From NCBI GenBank assembly GCA_030265395.1, contig JARFYF010000059.1, positions 13,903,978-13,967,977 of the forward strand: a stretch of DNA of 64,000 bases, in the 5' to 3' direction. The notes under the pieces were generated by a model. It saw only the letters and a program-made list of their open reading frames with translations. It searched no databases and was not told the DNA's origin. This DNA comes from Rhina ancylostomus (Eukaryota). Position 1 is the stretch's first letter. Every line of letters begins with the position of its first letter. The position numbers were made by a program, and so were the translations under genes. Below, piece after piece: positions 38,301 through 51,110 of this stretch.

Positions 38301-39134
38301 TCAACTGTCTACACTCTTGTGTTGTTAGATTTAAAACATCAGATTTGGTACTGTCTTGGGTAAAATTTCACTTGTGAATGCTGTGGGTGGACTTTGGATC
38401 CTTGCTAAGATGTGCCTTTCATATCTGTATCTAGGTAGGAATGCAAAATCCGGGAATTGCAAGAGAAAACACTACAAACCACTAGACTGTGCTGTAAGCA
38501 ACAAGCAATACTTGTCAGGTATTGTAAACATTTGACTAAATGAGGGGCGGGTTTTGAACCAAAAATCAAAATACTGCACTTGCTGGAAATACAGTAAAAC
38601 TTCAGAAAACTCTGCAAGTCAAGCAGCATCAGTGGAGAGAAAACTAAACTTAAAGTTTCAAGTCAATGACCTATAATTTAGTCCTGATTCAAGGTCATCA
38701 ACTTGAAAAATGTGAACTCTGTTTCTTTCTCCACAGTTGCTGTCTGATCAGTTGTGCAGTTCTTGCATTTAATATTTTTTAAAAGAGGATTCAGACCAAC
38801 TGGTTCATTTGTAAAAGGTAGATGAATGAACAGCAACAGCTTAAGAAGGAGGAATAAGTACATACTTCAAAGTTCCTAAAACAAAGGAGCAATATGCTTT
38901 CTTGGTAAATAAAACTCAAACAGAGACTTATTTGTTTTGTCACCAACTGTAAAAATCCGGTTTTAAAAATACAAATAATTCTCTCGGTACTGATAGGAAG
39001 ATTCACTCCCTTATTGCCTGAAACCACTTACACCACCCTGCAAAATAATGTCTCCAGCTCTTACTCACGTCAATTTGCCCCTCATATGGAACCCCATCCA
39101 ATTAGTTGTTGTGGCCCCTTCTCAAGAGTATTCA

Positions 39135-39435
39135 GAGCACAGCAGTGTAGCGGTTAGCATAATGCTATTACAGAGCCAGCGACCTGGGTTCGATTCCGGC
39201 CACTGTCTGTAAGGAGTTTTTATGTTCTCCCCATGTCTGCGTGGGTTTCTTCTGGGTACTCCGGTTTCCTCCCACATTCCAAGGACGTACGGGTTAGTAA
39301 GTTGTGGGCAGGCTATGTTGGTGCCGGAAGCATGGCGACACTTGGGGGCTGCCCCCAGAACACTCTACGCAAAAGATGCATTTCACTGTGTGTTTTGATG
39401 TACATGTGACTGATAAAGAAATCTTGTCTTATCTT
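39135..39435 (+). mobile_element. V-domain tRNA-SINE with a Rex1-type tail, full length
   Basis: Same family as 21897-22180. B-box ggttcgattcc; ends gtacatgtgactgataaagaaatcttgtcttatctt. Confidence 0.85.
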
Positions 39436-42400
39436 AAATTCACTAAATCAAGATTGGAAAATACCAGAAAGAAGTTTGTGCGTGCAAACAGACCATTTAA
39501 TGTTATGATGCAGAGCATGTACAGACAATCCTGGGCTAGGCTGCCACTGAGAGTGCATTACTGAGGGAGTGCTGTAACATGGGGGATGCCATTTCACAAA
39601 TGAGATGGCTCTTTCAGGTGGATGGAATGCATCTCTTAATATTATTTAAAGAATAAGAGGAAACTCCTCTCAGCAAACCCCTCCCAATGTCCTGGACGTC
39701 ATCTATCTTTCAATCAACACTTAAAAAACATGACCTGCTGTAAAGTGTCATGAATCCTGCTGTGGCAGTAAAAGTTGCTATGTAATTGCAAATTATTTTT
39801 TGTCAATGGTATTACACCGTGCTAGGCTCTGTTAATTGCTGCACATATTTGCATATTTTAGTGTCTCTCTGCTGGAGTTGCTTGCTGGCGAATTGAATGC
39901 AACAACTACTTCAGCGGGAAGTTAGGTATCTCAAAGTTCTCACGGAGAATAACTAAGGGAGCCTTTGATAATGGCATGTGTGGGAATGACCCCCGTTGAT
40001 TTACTTGTTAACACTCCATAGCAAATTCGCCTCTCAAAGAGGAGCTGGCTGTCAGGCTGGACAAAGGATGAGAACGCAGGAAACAATCAGTTGGGATCAG
40101 GCATCATCTGTGGACCCTTCATCAAATGTGCAGTTGCTGGAGCAGTGGATCATAACGTCGGTTTGTTGGAAGTGTATTATAAACAGGGACAAAGCAGCTT
40201 CGTCCCAGAACTTCCTAATCTTTGGTCATGTGGCACATTCCAGTCGATTATAAGCGCTTTTGGTTTGTTAGATAGGTTGCTGAAACAATTCCAAGAAACT
40301 CCAGGTTAATGAGGGAATGTCACGATTATGTCTTTTGTCATTCATTCCCTCCGGCCCCCAAACCTACATTTTGTTCTCCACCAACCCACCCTTTTCTCAC
40401 TGTTTATTCTGTAATTGCCTACACACTGCTGAATCCTAAACTCCTTCCAGTTCCAGATGAAACATCATTAACACAAAACCTTTTCTCTGTTTCCCTTGTT
40501 ACAGTTGCTGTTTGTACAACTTTCTGCTTTCACTCCTGAAACAGAAAGGACACCCTCTGCAAGAACGGTCCCTTACAAATGAATCTAACTTGCATGAGAG
40601 TCAGACTTCTGTCTGAATTTATTTTGGGTTTGCAATTTAATCCATGTTGATGACTGACTTGGAAGGGTCACTATGGTGAGATGGTTAATCTTACATATAC
40701 ACAGATTTAACTTCTGTTTTGCATAATTTGCGACAGTTTTCTATTGAACCTGGATTTGAATCAAGGCTAGAATATTAACATTAGTCACAATTTAATTGCA
40801 GGCTCAAAAATTTGTTTTTCAACATGAGACAAAAAGTGACAATAACAGGAAAAGACTGCCTGAAGGAGCAGTAAGCATTTCCTGGGTCTCCTTAGTGTGA
40901 TGTACCTACCTGGAAGAAGATACTTGCAATAATATTGTGCTATTTTACCCAGCGCTGGGTCTTATATTACCTCCTTAAGAGAGATAAGTATCATTCGAAA
41001 GAATTCCAATAATCCAAGAAGGTGCCAGATGGGTAAAATAAATGTAAGGTGTAGTTCATTGCAGAAAGGACCATGAAATGTTAGCACAATGAAGGGACAG
41101 TCATTAGCAAAATGGAATTTTTTATATTTCAAAAATAAACTTTATTCATAATAAAGAATAAATACAAAAGAATAAACACAGTGCAAAAAGCTTTTTACAT
41201 TCTTGGTGTCATATGGTCAAAACATTCAGTAGTGTTCACATTTTTTTAAAACCATAGGAAAATGTTACGNNNNNNNNNNNNNNNNNNNNNNNNNNNNNNN
41301 NNNNNNNNNNNNNNNNNNNNNNNNNNNNNNNNNNNNNNNNNNNNNNNNNNNNNNNNNNNNNNNNNNNNNNNNNNNNNNNNNNNNNNNNNNNNNNNNNNNN
41401 NNNNNNNNNNNNGAGTTGCAAACCCATAATTTAATTGCCCCTCCCCTTCACCCCCAGTCCCCATTTAAAGCCAGGTGCCAGCACTCTACCTAAACCGGTC
41501 TTCTGTCTCCCTGTCATTGTTTCTTAAATCCTGCGCCATTTGTCAAGTCACCAGTCATCTGCCCTGCCATAGACCTAAATGGCTCAGAAAAAAGTTTAAC
41601 AGCCCTCCTGTGAAGCACTAGTGGCATTTTCCTGTGTTATTGGCTCAATGTAAATATAAATTATTCATGTTGACAAGTCAACCCAGGTTTAGCTTTTCTA
41701 ACATACACATCACTAGTCTTCTGATATTCTCCTTACAGATCTAGAGTTGTGGGTGGAATCCACCCACACGAAAGGCTCATCGATCATCTTTATTGCTTCC
41801 ATTCACCTCCTCTTTTCATTCACTGACAGGCACATGCTGGTTTTTATTATCACATTCCTTCTTTGCCTCATGTCCCCCAACTCCTCAGCTCCTCTTTGCC
41901 ATTCGGATCCCCTGCTGGTCCCACATTACTGTCCCATTTGCACCCCTACTGGTGGGACAGTCTTCCACCATTTCATTTCCACACTTTGGATATTTCTTTC
42001 GAAAGGCATCTTGGTCCAATTTCAAAACCTTCCCAAGACAACTCCATTAACCCTTTGCGGTAACGACTTGCGATACTTGTGACACTAGTATAAAGGGGTG
42101 ATGGAGAGGACCAAATGCATGATCTGAAAATTAGTTTCACAGAGGGTTTTAAACCAGCCAGAAAAGTAATAAGGTGCAGGGTTGTGGGTGTATTTCTGGG
42201 ACACTACTCACCTTGTCCTGTTGGGTGGTTAAAATTTGCAGATTAGGATGGGTTGGCATTGATTCCTTGCTGAATTACCTCAGTGCATCTTCGACATGGT
42301 CTCCACTGCAGTCACAATATAGCAGAGGGTGGGGAAAGGTTACTGCTCCAACAGCCTGCTCTTCCTGATGGAGTTTGTTGAGCTGCTCCCTTCCAGTAAA

Positions 42401-42744
42401 ACACAGAGAAATCCAACACACTCATGACTATTCAGTGAGTCAGCTGGTGAGTCACTTTGTGCACAATACCCAGCCTCTGAACTGCTATAGAAACAGAACT
42501 TGCATTGCTGCTCCTGTTTAGTTTTCATTCAATGGCAAGCACCAAGTTGTTGACTTTACAATGGTGGTGCCACAGAGTGTCTGGGGGAAGTAGTTTATTC
42601 CCTCTTGTTGGAGATGGTCTCTTGTGGGACGCAAAGGTCACTTGGCGCATCAGCCCAAGCCTGAGTGTTATTTCAATCTTACTGGCCCAGATGGAGTTGC
42701 TTGCGCTCAGTCTGCAGGGGTGATTCTGAACTTCCTGTTGTATG

Positions 42745-43160
42745 CCACTTTAATTCTCAATCCCACTCCCATTCTGACCTGTCTGTCTGTGGCCCAGCCT
42801 AGTGGGCCCAATGTAAACTAGAAGAATCTTCCATCACTTCGCAACCCCTCTGGAATGAACATTGAATTTTCCAACTGCAAGTAAACTGCTCTCTCAACAT
42901 CTCCCATTGCTTATGTCCCATTTTCACCCCACTTCTTTAAAATGCTTCACTAACAGTCAGGAGTCATGCTCCTTATCACCTGTCTCCATCTAGTCTTTTG
43001 TCTCACACCTCACTTCTCTGCCCAGCTCTGCTTTGAAAAGTGTAAACCCTCCACTCCTCCCCCAGTTCTGATGAGGGGGTCACTGACCCAAAACATTAAC
43101 AGGTTTCTGTTCCCACAGACGCTGCTGGACTGGCTGAGTTCTTCCAGCATTTCTGATTTA
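42745..43160 (+). mobile_element. Penelope-like element 3' end: GIY-YIG C-terminus, UTR and hammerhead-like terminal repeat
   Basis: HFNSQSHSHSDLSV...CKLEE...QPSGMNIEFSNCK*, then a pyrimidine-rich UTR, then CTGATGA-gggggtcactgaccc-aaaac and the cacagacgctgc...ctgagttcttccagc arm. Confidence 0.75.
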
Positions 43161-43604
43161 GTTCCTTCGGTTTGCACATCTGGATGGGAGCAAAGAGGTT
43201 GAAAGAGGTTTGCAATGCCTTTTGTGAGCTCAGGACAGACTGTTACTGCAAGGTTGTTGCAAATGAGATGACCCTGTGCAAAGCAGTGATGGTGTAGTGG
43301 TGGAGGGAGCACAGGTGGGCTGCCAAGTGACTGATCTGTTTTGTTCTGGAAACTTCTTAGCAATTTGTTGAAGTGGTGCCAGTGCTGAGGTTGGACAAGG
43401 CCAGTAACGCCCAATAAGCCTTACAGCCCTTTGTCAATTCTTCTTACCCTCTGTCAGCATATGATCATTGAGTCCTGACAAAGTGTGCATCCTTCAGTTA
43501 CAGTAGAGAAACAAAGGACTGCAGATGCTGGAATCTAGATGAAAAACACGGTGATGCTGGGGGATCTCAGCAGGCCAGGCAGCATCTGTGGAGAAAAGCA
43601 GGCG

Positions 43605-43639
43605 GTCAACGTTTCGGGTCAGGACCCTTCTTCAGGACT
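43605..43639 (-). ncRNA. Minimal type-I hammerhead ribozyme motif in a Penelope terminal repeat (host repeat 43505-43642)
   Basis: Minus strand reads agtc-CUGAAGA-a-gggtc-cu-gaccc-GAAA-CG-UU-gac. Stem I is gtc/gac, stem II is gggtc/gaccc, and a palindromic ACGU replaces stem III. Confidence 0.65.
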
Positions 43640-46228
43640 GAANNNNNNNNNNNNNNNNNNNNNNNNNNNNNNNNNNNNNNNNNNNNNNNNNNNNNNNNNN
43701 NNNNNNNNNNNNNNNNNNNNNNNNNNNNNNNNNNNNNNNNNNGGGGGGGGGTTCCCCAGTTTCCTCCCACATCCCGAACATGGGTGGGCTAATTGCTGCT
43801 AGTGTATAGGTGAGTGGTAGAATCCATGGGGAGTCCATGGGTGTGTGGGGAGAATGAAATGGCGTTAGTTTATGATTAGTGGAAATGTGTGCCTGATGAT
43901 TGATGTGAGTGGACCAAAGGGCCTATTTTATGTGCTCTATGACTCCTAAGATCATGGCTGATCTGATTTTTGCCAAGCACCACTTTCCTGTACCATACCC
44001 CTTGAATCCTCAATGTTCCAGAATCTGTCAATCTGTATAGTCAGTGACTCAGTCTCCCAGCTCTCCAGGATATGGTTTTTCAAGAATTCATAATCTTACA
44101 AGAGAATTAAATGGTTGCTATTCTCAGTCTTAAATGGGGGCACTTTTATCCAGAGACAAATCCCCCTTGTCCTAGATTCCCAAAGCAGGGAATCATCTGC
44201 CCTGTCAAGCCTGTTCAGAATCCTGTGTGTTTCACAAAGGTCACCTCTCATTCTCAACTCCAAAGAGTATGGGCCCAATTTACTCAATCTATTCTCACAA
44301 GACAACCTATTTATCCAGGAATCAACCTGGTAATCTTTGCACTGCCCCCAATGGACATATATCTCTCCTTAACCAATGCACCAACTGTGGTCTCACTAAT
44401 GCCCTATACACCTCTCAGTTTCCTAAACTCTAGAGAGCAAAAGCCGAAACTCTTCAGTTGTTGCTGAGACAACTGTATTATCAAAGGTGGCTGAGGTATG
44501 ACTTAAGACAGGTCTTCAAAATTATGAAAGGCTCTGATGGATTATTTAGTCCCAACATCAGACAGGGAATACAAATGAAACTCCAGCTGGAGTGGTAAGA
44601 AGTTGGAGCTTGCTGGTATGTGGAGAAGTTGAGGGCCCTTCTTTAAGGAGGGCAAAATAAGTACTTAATGAGGAAGGGGTCTATATGGATAGGTGGGAGG
44701 AGGTTCCAAATGAGCATAAATATCCGTCACTTCATGTGCCAATAAGCCTGTTTTGGTTCTACATATCCTTCTGCGTAATGTCACATCTGCAGAATGTCCA
44801 AAGCATCTATCTATGCACAATTAATAACCTTCAAAATGACGTGACTGTGGTTTTGTGATGAAAGTCGACAGCCAGTCTGTGTCATCAAAAACAGCAATGA
44901 ATTACATGGCAAGTTAGTCCATCTTTGATGGTACTGAATGAAAGGTAATTGGCCAGGTCACTGGGAGAATCTCATTGGAAATGGCATGAGATCTTTTACA
45001 TTGGTCTCAGAGAGCAATGTCACCTCGAAAACCACCCATAATGACGCAGTACCGCTTGGCAGTGTCCACCTGGATTATGTGCTCAGTAGCAGGTGTGAAG
45101 TGAATATTGTGAGGCTGAAACAGGAACTCTTATGGTTAGGTGTAAATATTCTGCCTTTACTTAATGAGCCACTTCACTCACCTGTGCCCTTCATTATAGG
45201 ACTGACTTTTGTCTGAAGGTTCTGAATGGTGCTACAATGTTCCAAGTTCAAAGTTCCAAGGCCAATCTGGGCCAAAATGGTGCAGAGATCATGGCCATTT
45301 TTCACACCATAAGCTAGTGTTGGTTTTCCTTCAACTCAGTGCTCCCACCTTCATCCAATGCAGATTTTTGTTTCCTTTCAACTACCCGACCACCATGCTA
45401 GGCTTTGTTTACTTCCAGAGTCCTCTTTGTTCATTGGATTTCTAGACTGAGGTTGGTTGGTTCACTCTTCAGCCTTCATGCCTCGTGCTCCTCTCAGTAA
45501 CACAATACTCTTTTCCTGGGACAATACTGAGTAATGCCGTCCAAGTACAAATAGTATGAATACCTCTAAGAATATAGTTCCTTACTCAGCATCACAATAA
45601 TGTAACAGTACTCATGTTTATCATTGTGTCAGGTTTATAAAATGACTATTAGCCAATTATGCTAATATCTTAATAAATTTTCAATAGTAATTAGTTTTAA
45701 TCTTGATTGAGCTATGAGATCACCTCTCTACTGATTGCCATGTCGATGGAGGTCTCTGTCCTTGTACACACCTCGAGAAGAATAAGCCTCCCCAACCGCG
45801 TATTTGACCAAGGACGTCTCCACTGGCACTCCATAATAACTTGCCCTCATTCCTCGCCTGATGTGTGAAGAATAGTTTCTGATAAGCTTCAAGAACACGG
45901 GAGCTATCATTACAAGAGATGAATATCCTTTTGCTGAGTGATCACAGGGAAGCTGATTCGGCTGACAGTCAGCAACATAATTATGATGGGAAATAACCAA
46001 GTGTGAGAGGAATTAAATAAATACGTTGTGACTGTTTTCAAGGAAAAAGGCACAAAAAAAAACCCAGAAGTTCTGAAAAAAAACAAAGATCCACTGCAAA
46101 TGAGAAAGTGAAATAAATTTGTATCAGCAAACAAGCATAACAGGAGAGGTTACTGAGCTTGGATGAGAAACACGATGATGCTGGAGGAACTAAGCAGGCC
46201 AGGCAGCATCCGTGGAGAAAAGCAGGCG

Positions 46229-46263
46229 GTCAACGTTTCGGGTCAGGACCCTTCTTCAGGACT
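46229..46263 (-). ncRNA. Minimal hammerhead motif identical to 43605-43639 (host repeat 46160-46480)
   Basis: Same 35-nt sequence. The host copy has a short inverted arm at ~46430-46475. Confidence 0.65.
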
Positions 46264-49039
46264 GAAGATAGGAAAAGGGGAAGCCCAAGGTATTGGAAGG
46301 AAGAGCAGAGCAGTGATAGATGGACAAAAGAGGGGAGGCGGGGTGGTCATAGGGTGGTGATAAGTAGAGATAGGTAAGGGATAGAGATAGGCAGTTGCCG
46401 GGGAGGAAGGGAGAGCAGACTTGCTCCTTTTCTCTCCCCTATGCTGCCCAGGCTGCTGAGAATCTCCATTGTTTTCCATTCAGCATTAGCCACGTTGTTG
46501 CTACTTGTTTCTACTTTGTTTACCTGTAAAGGTTCATTAAAGGTGTTGCTCACTGTTCACTGATCTGACGTGCAGATGGAGCTCATCTGACTACAGAGAG
46601 TGGTATCTGACAAAATGTTATGAAATTCCTTTGTTGAGGGCAGGCCTGCTAACCAGAGGCAGCCTTGGTTACCAGGACTGGAGGGCTTGGGTTATAAAGA
46701 GATCTGGATAGGCTGTGATTTTTTTCTCCTTGGATATAGGAAGCTGTGGGAAACTTTACAGAGGTATATAAATTCACAAGTGGCGTAGATAAGGTGGACG
46801 GTCACGGTCAGTCTTTTTCCCACGACAGAGAATTTTAAATCAAGAGAACATAGATTTCAGATGAGAACGGAAAGATTAGTTTCACAGTGGTTATGAGAGA
46901 AAAGTCCTTGCTCCTGTACAGCACGTTTTTTTGCCCTAGGAAATGAAGTACTGTTGAAGTACAGTCACTGGAATGATATTGGGAAATGCAGATGGCAACT
47001 GTACCAAATCCAGTGAGAGAAATAATGAGTTGATCAGATTTTTAAGTGTCGGTTGAGGGTTATGTGTTGCCCAGGACCCCACATGTACTCTCCCGCTCTT
47101 CTTCAGTAACATGATGATATCTTCCAGACTCTCTTAAGAGAGTAAGTGAACCACCCACAGCTTAACATCACAACTGGTAGTGGCAGTTCTGACTGTGTAG
47201 CACTCCCTCAGTACGACTCGGAATGCCAGCCTGGAGTGAATGCTTAAATCTCTAGAGTGGGGCTAAATTGACAGCCTTCCAGCTCAAACCCAAGACCACA
47301 ACCACTGAGCAAGGGCAGAGACATACACTTTTTATTTCAATGATTGTTTTTGTGTTGAAGTTAATCTGATGCCATTTAAGTTGAAAATGGTTTGTGTAAG
47401 GAGTCTTGCATACTCTGTGAATGTTATCTTCCAATCGTTGATATCAAGATCAGATATGGAAGTGTAAAGTTTCCTCGATCCTGCAAAATGTTTCCAGCGC
47501 AGAAATTAAACGAGTTCAGTTGCCCTTGAAAATCTTCCACCAAACATCCCCAGGTTAGAAGCAGCAGACATCAGGTGCAAAAATGAAAGGAAGACTTAAA
47601 ATATATGGTGCCTTCACAAACTTAGTGTCCCCATTCAGCCAATTCTTTATGATTTTTTTCTTACCATGTGTCAGGTACAGCAATGCAATTTTCACCTCGA
47701 CTATTCCATAGATGATGGATGCTTTGACAATGGCTTCACTTCAGATGAACATTTCCTACAGCAGAGGTATAATCTTTTAAAAATGTACTTGCAAGTTTTA
47801 GGCTTCAGTGGCCAGCATTTAGTGGCCATCCCTCAGTGCCCTGAGGACGTGGTGGTACATCTACTTGAACCACATCAGTCCATGTTGTGAAGGTCCTCTC
47901 TCAGTGCTGTTGGGTAGAGAGAGCCAGAGGTTGACACCGTGTCGAGGAAAGAATGGTGACACATTCTGGAGCAAGATGAAGTGAGTGTTGGAGGCAACTT
48001 GCAAATTGTTCCTAATTGCTTGCTGCCTTTGTCATCCAGTGGAGATCATGGATTAGGGACGCACCTCTGAGAAAGGCTTGGCCAGTTGCTGAGGTATATT
48101 TCATGGTCGTTATAAGCCACAGCCACGATATGCAGGCAATGACTGAATTACTGTTTAAAGTGTTGCAAGAGGAACTGATTGTGTTATTTTTCCTTTGATG
48201 GTAATGAGTTCTACAAGGGTGAATTTGAAGTTCCTACAACAACTGTCTGGTGACCCATTACAAGATAAGTATCAAATAGAAAAGTCATCCACTGGAAGGA
48301 ATTTTTGATTTTTGCATCACTTTTCCAGAGAAATTCATTTCACATGTTACAGAGAGAAAAAAAAATCTGTTTTCTCCTCCTGTGTGGATCCCTGACTCTT
48401 ATGGTGGACAATGAGTATCATTATCTGGCAATATCTGGGTGGGTCTGCAAGTTCTGACAGAGAACAAACATCACAAGCTACAATTCCTTGAGTCAGTTGT
48501 TTAAATTCATGGGATTTCAATATAATTGCTTTGTAATAGGATGTGCTAGAAAATAGTTTCCTCCCCACCTGTGTAACATGCAACAACACACCTAGGTGAC
48601 AATGAATCACTCAGTATCAAACTACAATTACATATGAGTGACAACTGAAGCATATCACAAAGTCACTTTTGTTGCCCTATCTTCACCTTGCTCCAAATTC
48701 CCTAACATCCCTGGCTAACAAAACCTTCCTCTCTCACTTCTTTTCCATCTATCCGGCCCGAACATGAGCAAGAATTTGAGATTTCCACAATCCTTTGTGC
48801 GTGGGAATTTCCTAGCCTTGTTCCTGAACGGTTGAGCTATGTTTTGAAGACCATTCCTCCTGGTATGGGTTTCTCCTGATAGAGGAAATTCATGCATCAG
48901 GTATGACCGTACATGGTAAATATGCAATTAATTGTCATTTCGTAACTGCCTCCAGCTACCTGCGAGAAGATAATGACATTGGTTCACCTATTTCCACCTA
49001 AAGATTTGGAGGATTTTGTTGTGAGTTCCCTGTGGTGCC

Positions 49040-49383
49040 TACAGTTGGTTGCTCATATCTATAAAGTGTATCAGAGGGCATGGATCCCTGTTACCTGATA
49101 GTGTGTGATCTCGGTGCTGGGTTTGAGCTCTTTGTCTATGAGCACTGGAGGTTGTGGTGAATTTCATCATCGACGTCTGCCTTTGATGAGACATGGGTCC
49201 CAAAGCTTCCAAGTGATCCAAATCTTCCAGTGTCCCCTTGTAGATCCTGATTGACTGGGTGGTCTTGTGTGACGGGACTAGTCAGTGGACGATCCTTGTT
49301 TAGTGTAAGGCCCATTTTGTCATGAGCTTCAGTGAAGGAGTTGATGATGAGTTGAAGCTTGGTGTTAGAGTGTGCACATACAT
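49040..49383 (-). mobile_element. RTE-clade LINE RT fragment
   Basis: Hand translation gives CAHSNTKLQLIINSFTEAHDKMGLTLNK...IRIYKGTLEDLDH...SSKADVDDEIHHNLQC, typical of the RTE/BovB region after YADD. Confidence 0.75.
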
Positions 49384-49569
49384 AGGTGTTGTTAAGGTGG
49401 CAGTGTGGTACAGCTGTTCGTACTGCTGTCCCACAACTCCAGCAACCTGGGTTCTATCCTGGCCTCTGGTGCTGTCCCATGTTCTCCCTGTGACTGTGTG
49501 CTTTTCCCCCGAGTGCTCCATTTTCCTCCCACATCCCAGTGCAGTAGAGGGAGTGCCATGAAGACTCAC

Positions 49570-51110
49570 CAGGTTGGTTCCTATGATGGTGGGTTTGTCA
49601 AATGAAGAGTGAATAAGCAGATGAAGTTCAGAAGAATGAGAGCCGATCTCATTGAAATGTACAAACTTCCTGTACCTAACAGGGCAGTTGTAGAGTTGTT
49701 GTTCCCATGGCTGTGATGTCTGGAACCAGGGGCCAGTCTCAAAATAAGGCAGCCAACCATTCAGGACTGAGAGTTGGTGAAGCTTTGAAATTCTCTGTTC
49801 AAGAGGCCTGGAAAGCCACATTCTCTGGGGATTTTATAGACAGAAGTTGATAAATTTTTGGATATTAAGGGAATCAAGAAATATGGGGCTGGTGCAGGCA
49901 AATGGTGCTGGGGTAAAAAAATGAACCGTGATCTCACTGAATGGTAGAGCAGGCACAAGAGGCTAGATAGTGTATCCCTGCTTCTATTTCTCATATTGGT
50001 CATATATAAACAACATTGTTTTCTTTACGTTTAGTAGTTGGTGCTGCTCTGGACATTTGGTTTTGGATTTGTCATGTGGTGAAGGTGATGCCCTTTCTAC
50101 CTCTTGATGGACAGAATCAGCACCACAATTCTGAGAGGTTTCTTTGGTCAGTGGAGAAGGCAGTAGTGGAGGATCCTTGCCATGACTCCTCCTGTGGCAA
50201 GCACAAGATGGACCCTCTGTGATTCTCACAGTTGGATGTCTCCTTTCTTGGAGATGGCGACACCACGACACTTCTGAAATACCCTGTAAGCTCTTCCCTT
50301 CCCAGATGAACAAAGAGATCTTATGGATTCTCATGCCAGAGGTACTTATCCACCTAGAATTAGATCTTCACTGAGGATTTTTTCTTTCAAATGTTGGGTG
50401 GGTTTTCCAACATCGTGTTTTGGTGGGATAGCACCACCTTGGACTAAAGGCTTTGTCTGCAGTGTTGTCACTTTCACCTGCAAGGGAGGTGCAGTGTGCA
50501 GCTTGAACCCCTGACAGAAGATTGCATGAGAAAGGACAATCCTTGAAATGGTCCCAGAGAGCTTGTGCCATGCTTGATTGACCTTCCAAAAATATCTGTA
50601 CAGGTTGGGGTTTATTGGGGTGTGGGGGATGGGGGTGTGTTGGGAGCTGGGAAGGAAGGAAGTTGCCAGATAGGTTCACTTCACATGGATGGACTTCCTA
50701 CATCTTTCAAGCTTCCAACACTTTCTGCTTTCATTTTGGAGTTTAGAAGAATGAGAGGTGATCTCATTGAAACACAACATTCTGAGGGTACTTATCAGAG
50801 TGTAAGGATGTTTCCCCTGGTGGAGAGTCTGGAATTAAGGGGCATTGTCTTGGCATAAGGAGTCAGAAATTTAAGGCTGAGATGAAGCGAATTTTTCTCT
50901 CCGGAGGTTAGTAAATCTTTGGAGTTCTCTACCCCAGAGGCTGGAGGTTCTTAAGTATATTCAAAGCTGGGATAGATGGGTTTGGGGGCAATAGGAAAAC
51001 CCAGTGCTGTGTAGATCAGGCTTGAGCGTGGAGTTGAGGCTGAAGACCTGAACAGCAGGCAGGGAAGGCTGGAGAGGCTTATGGCCTTGTCTTGCTCCTA
51101 ATTCTTATGT
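49570..51110 (+). mobile_element. Two CR1 3' fragments (49570-50000 and 50735-51110)
   Basis: EFRRMRGDLIET motifs and CR1 tails. Confidence 0.75.
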
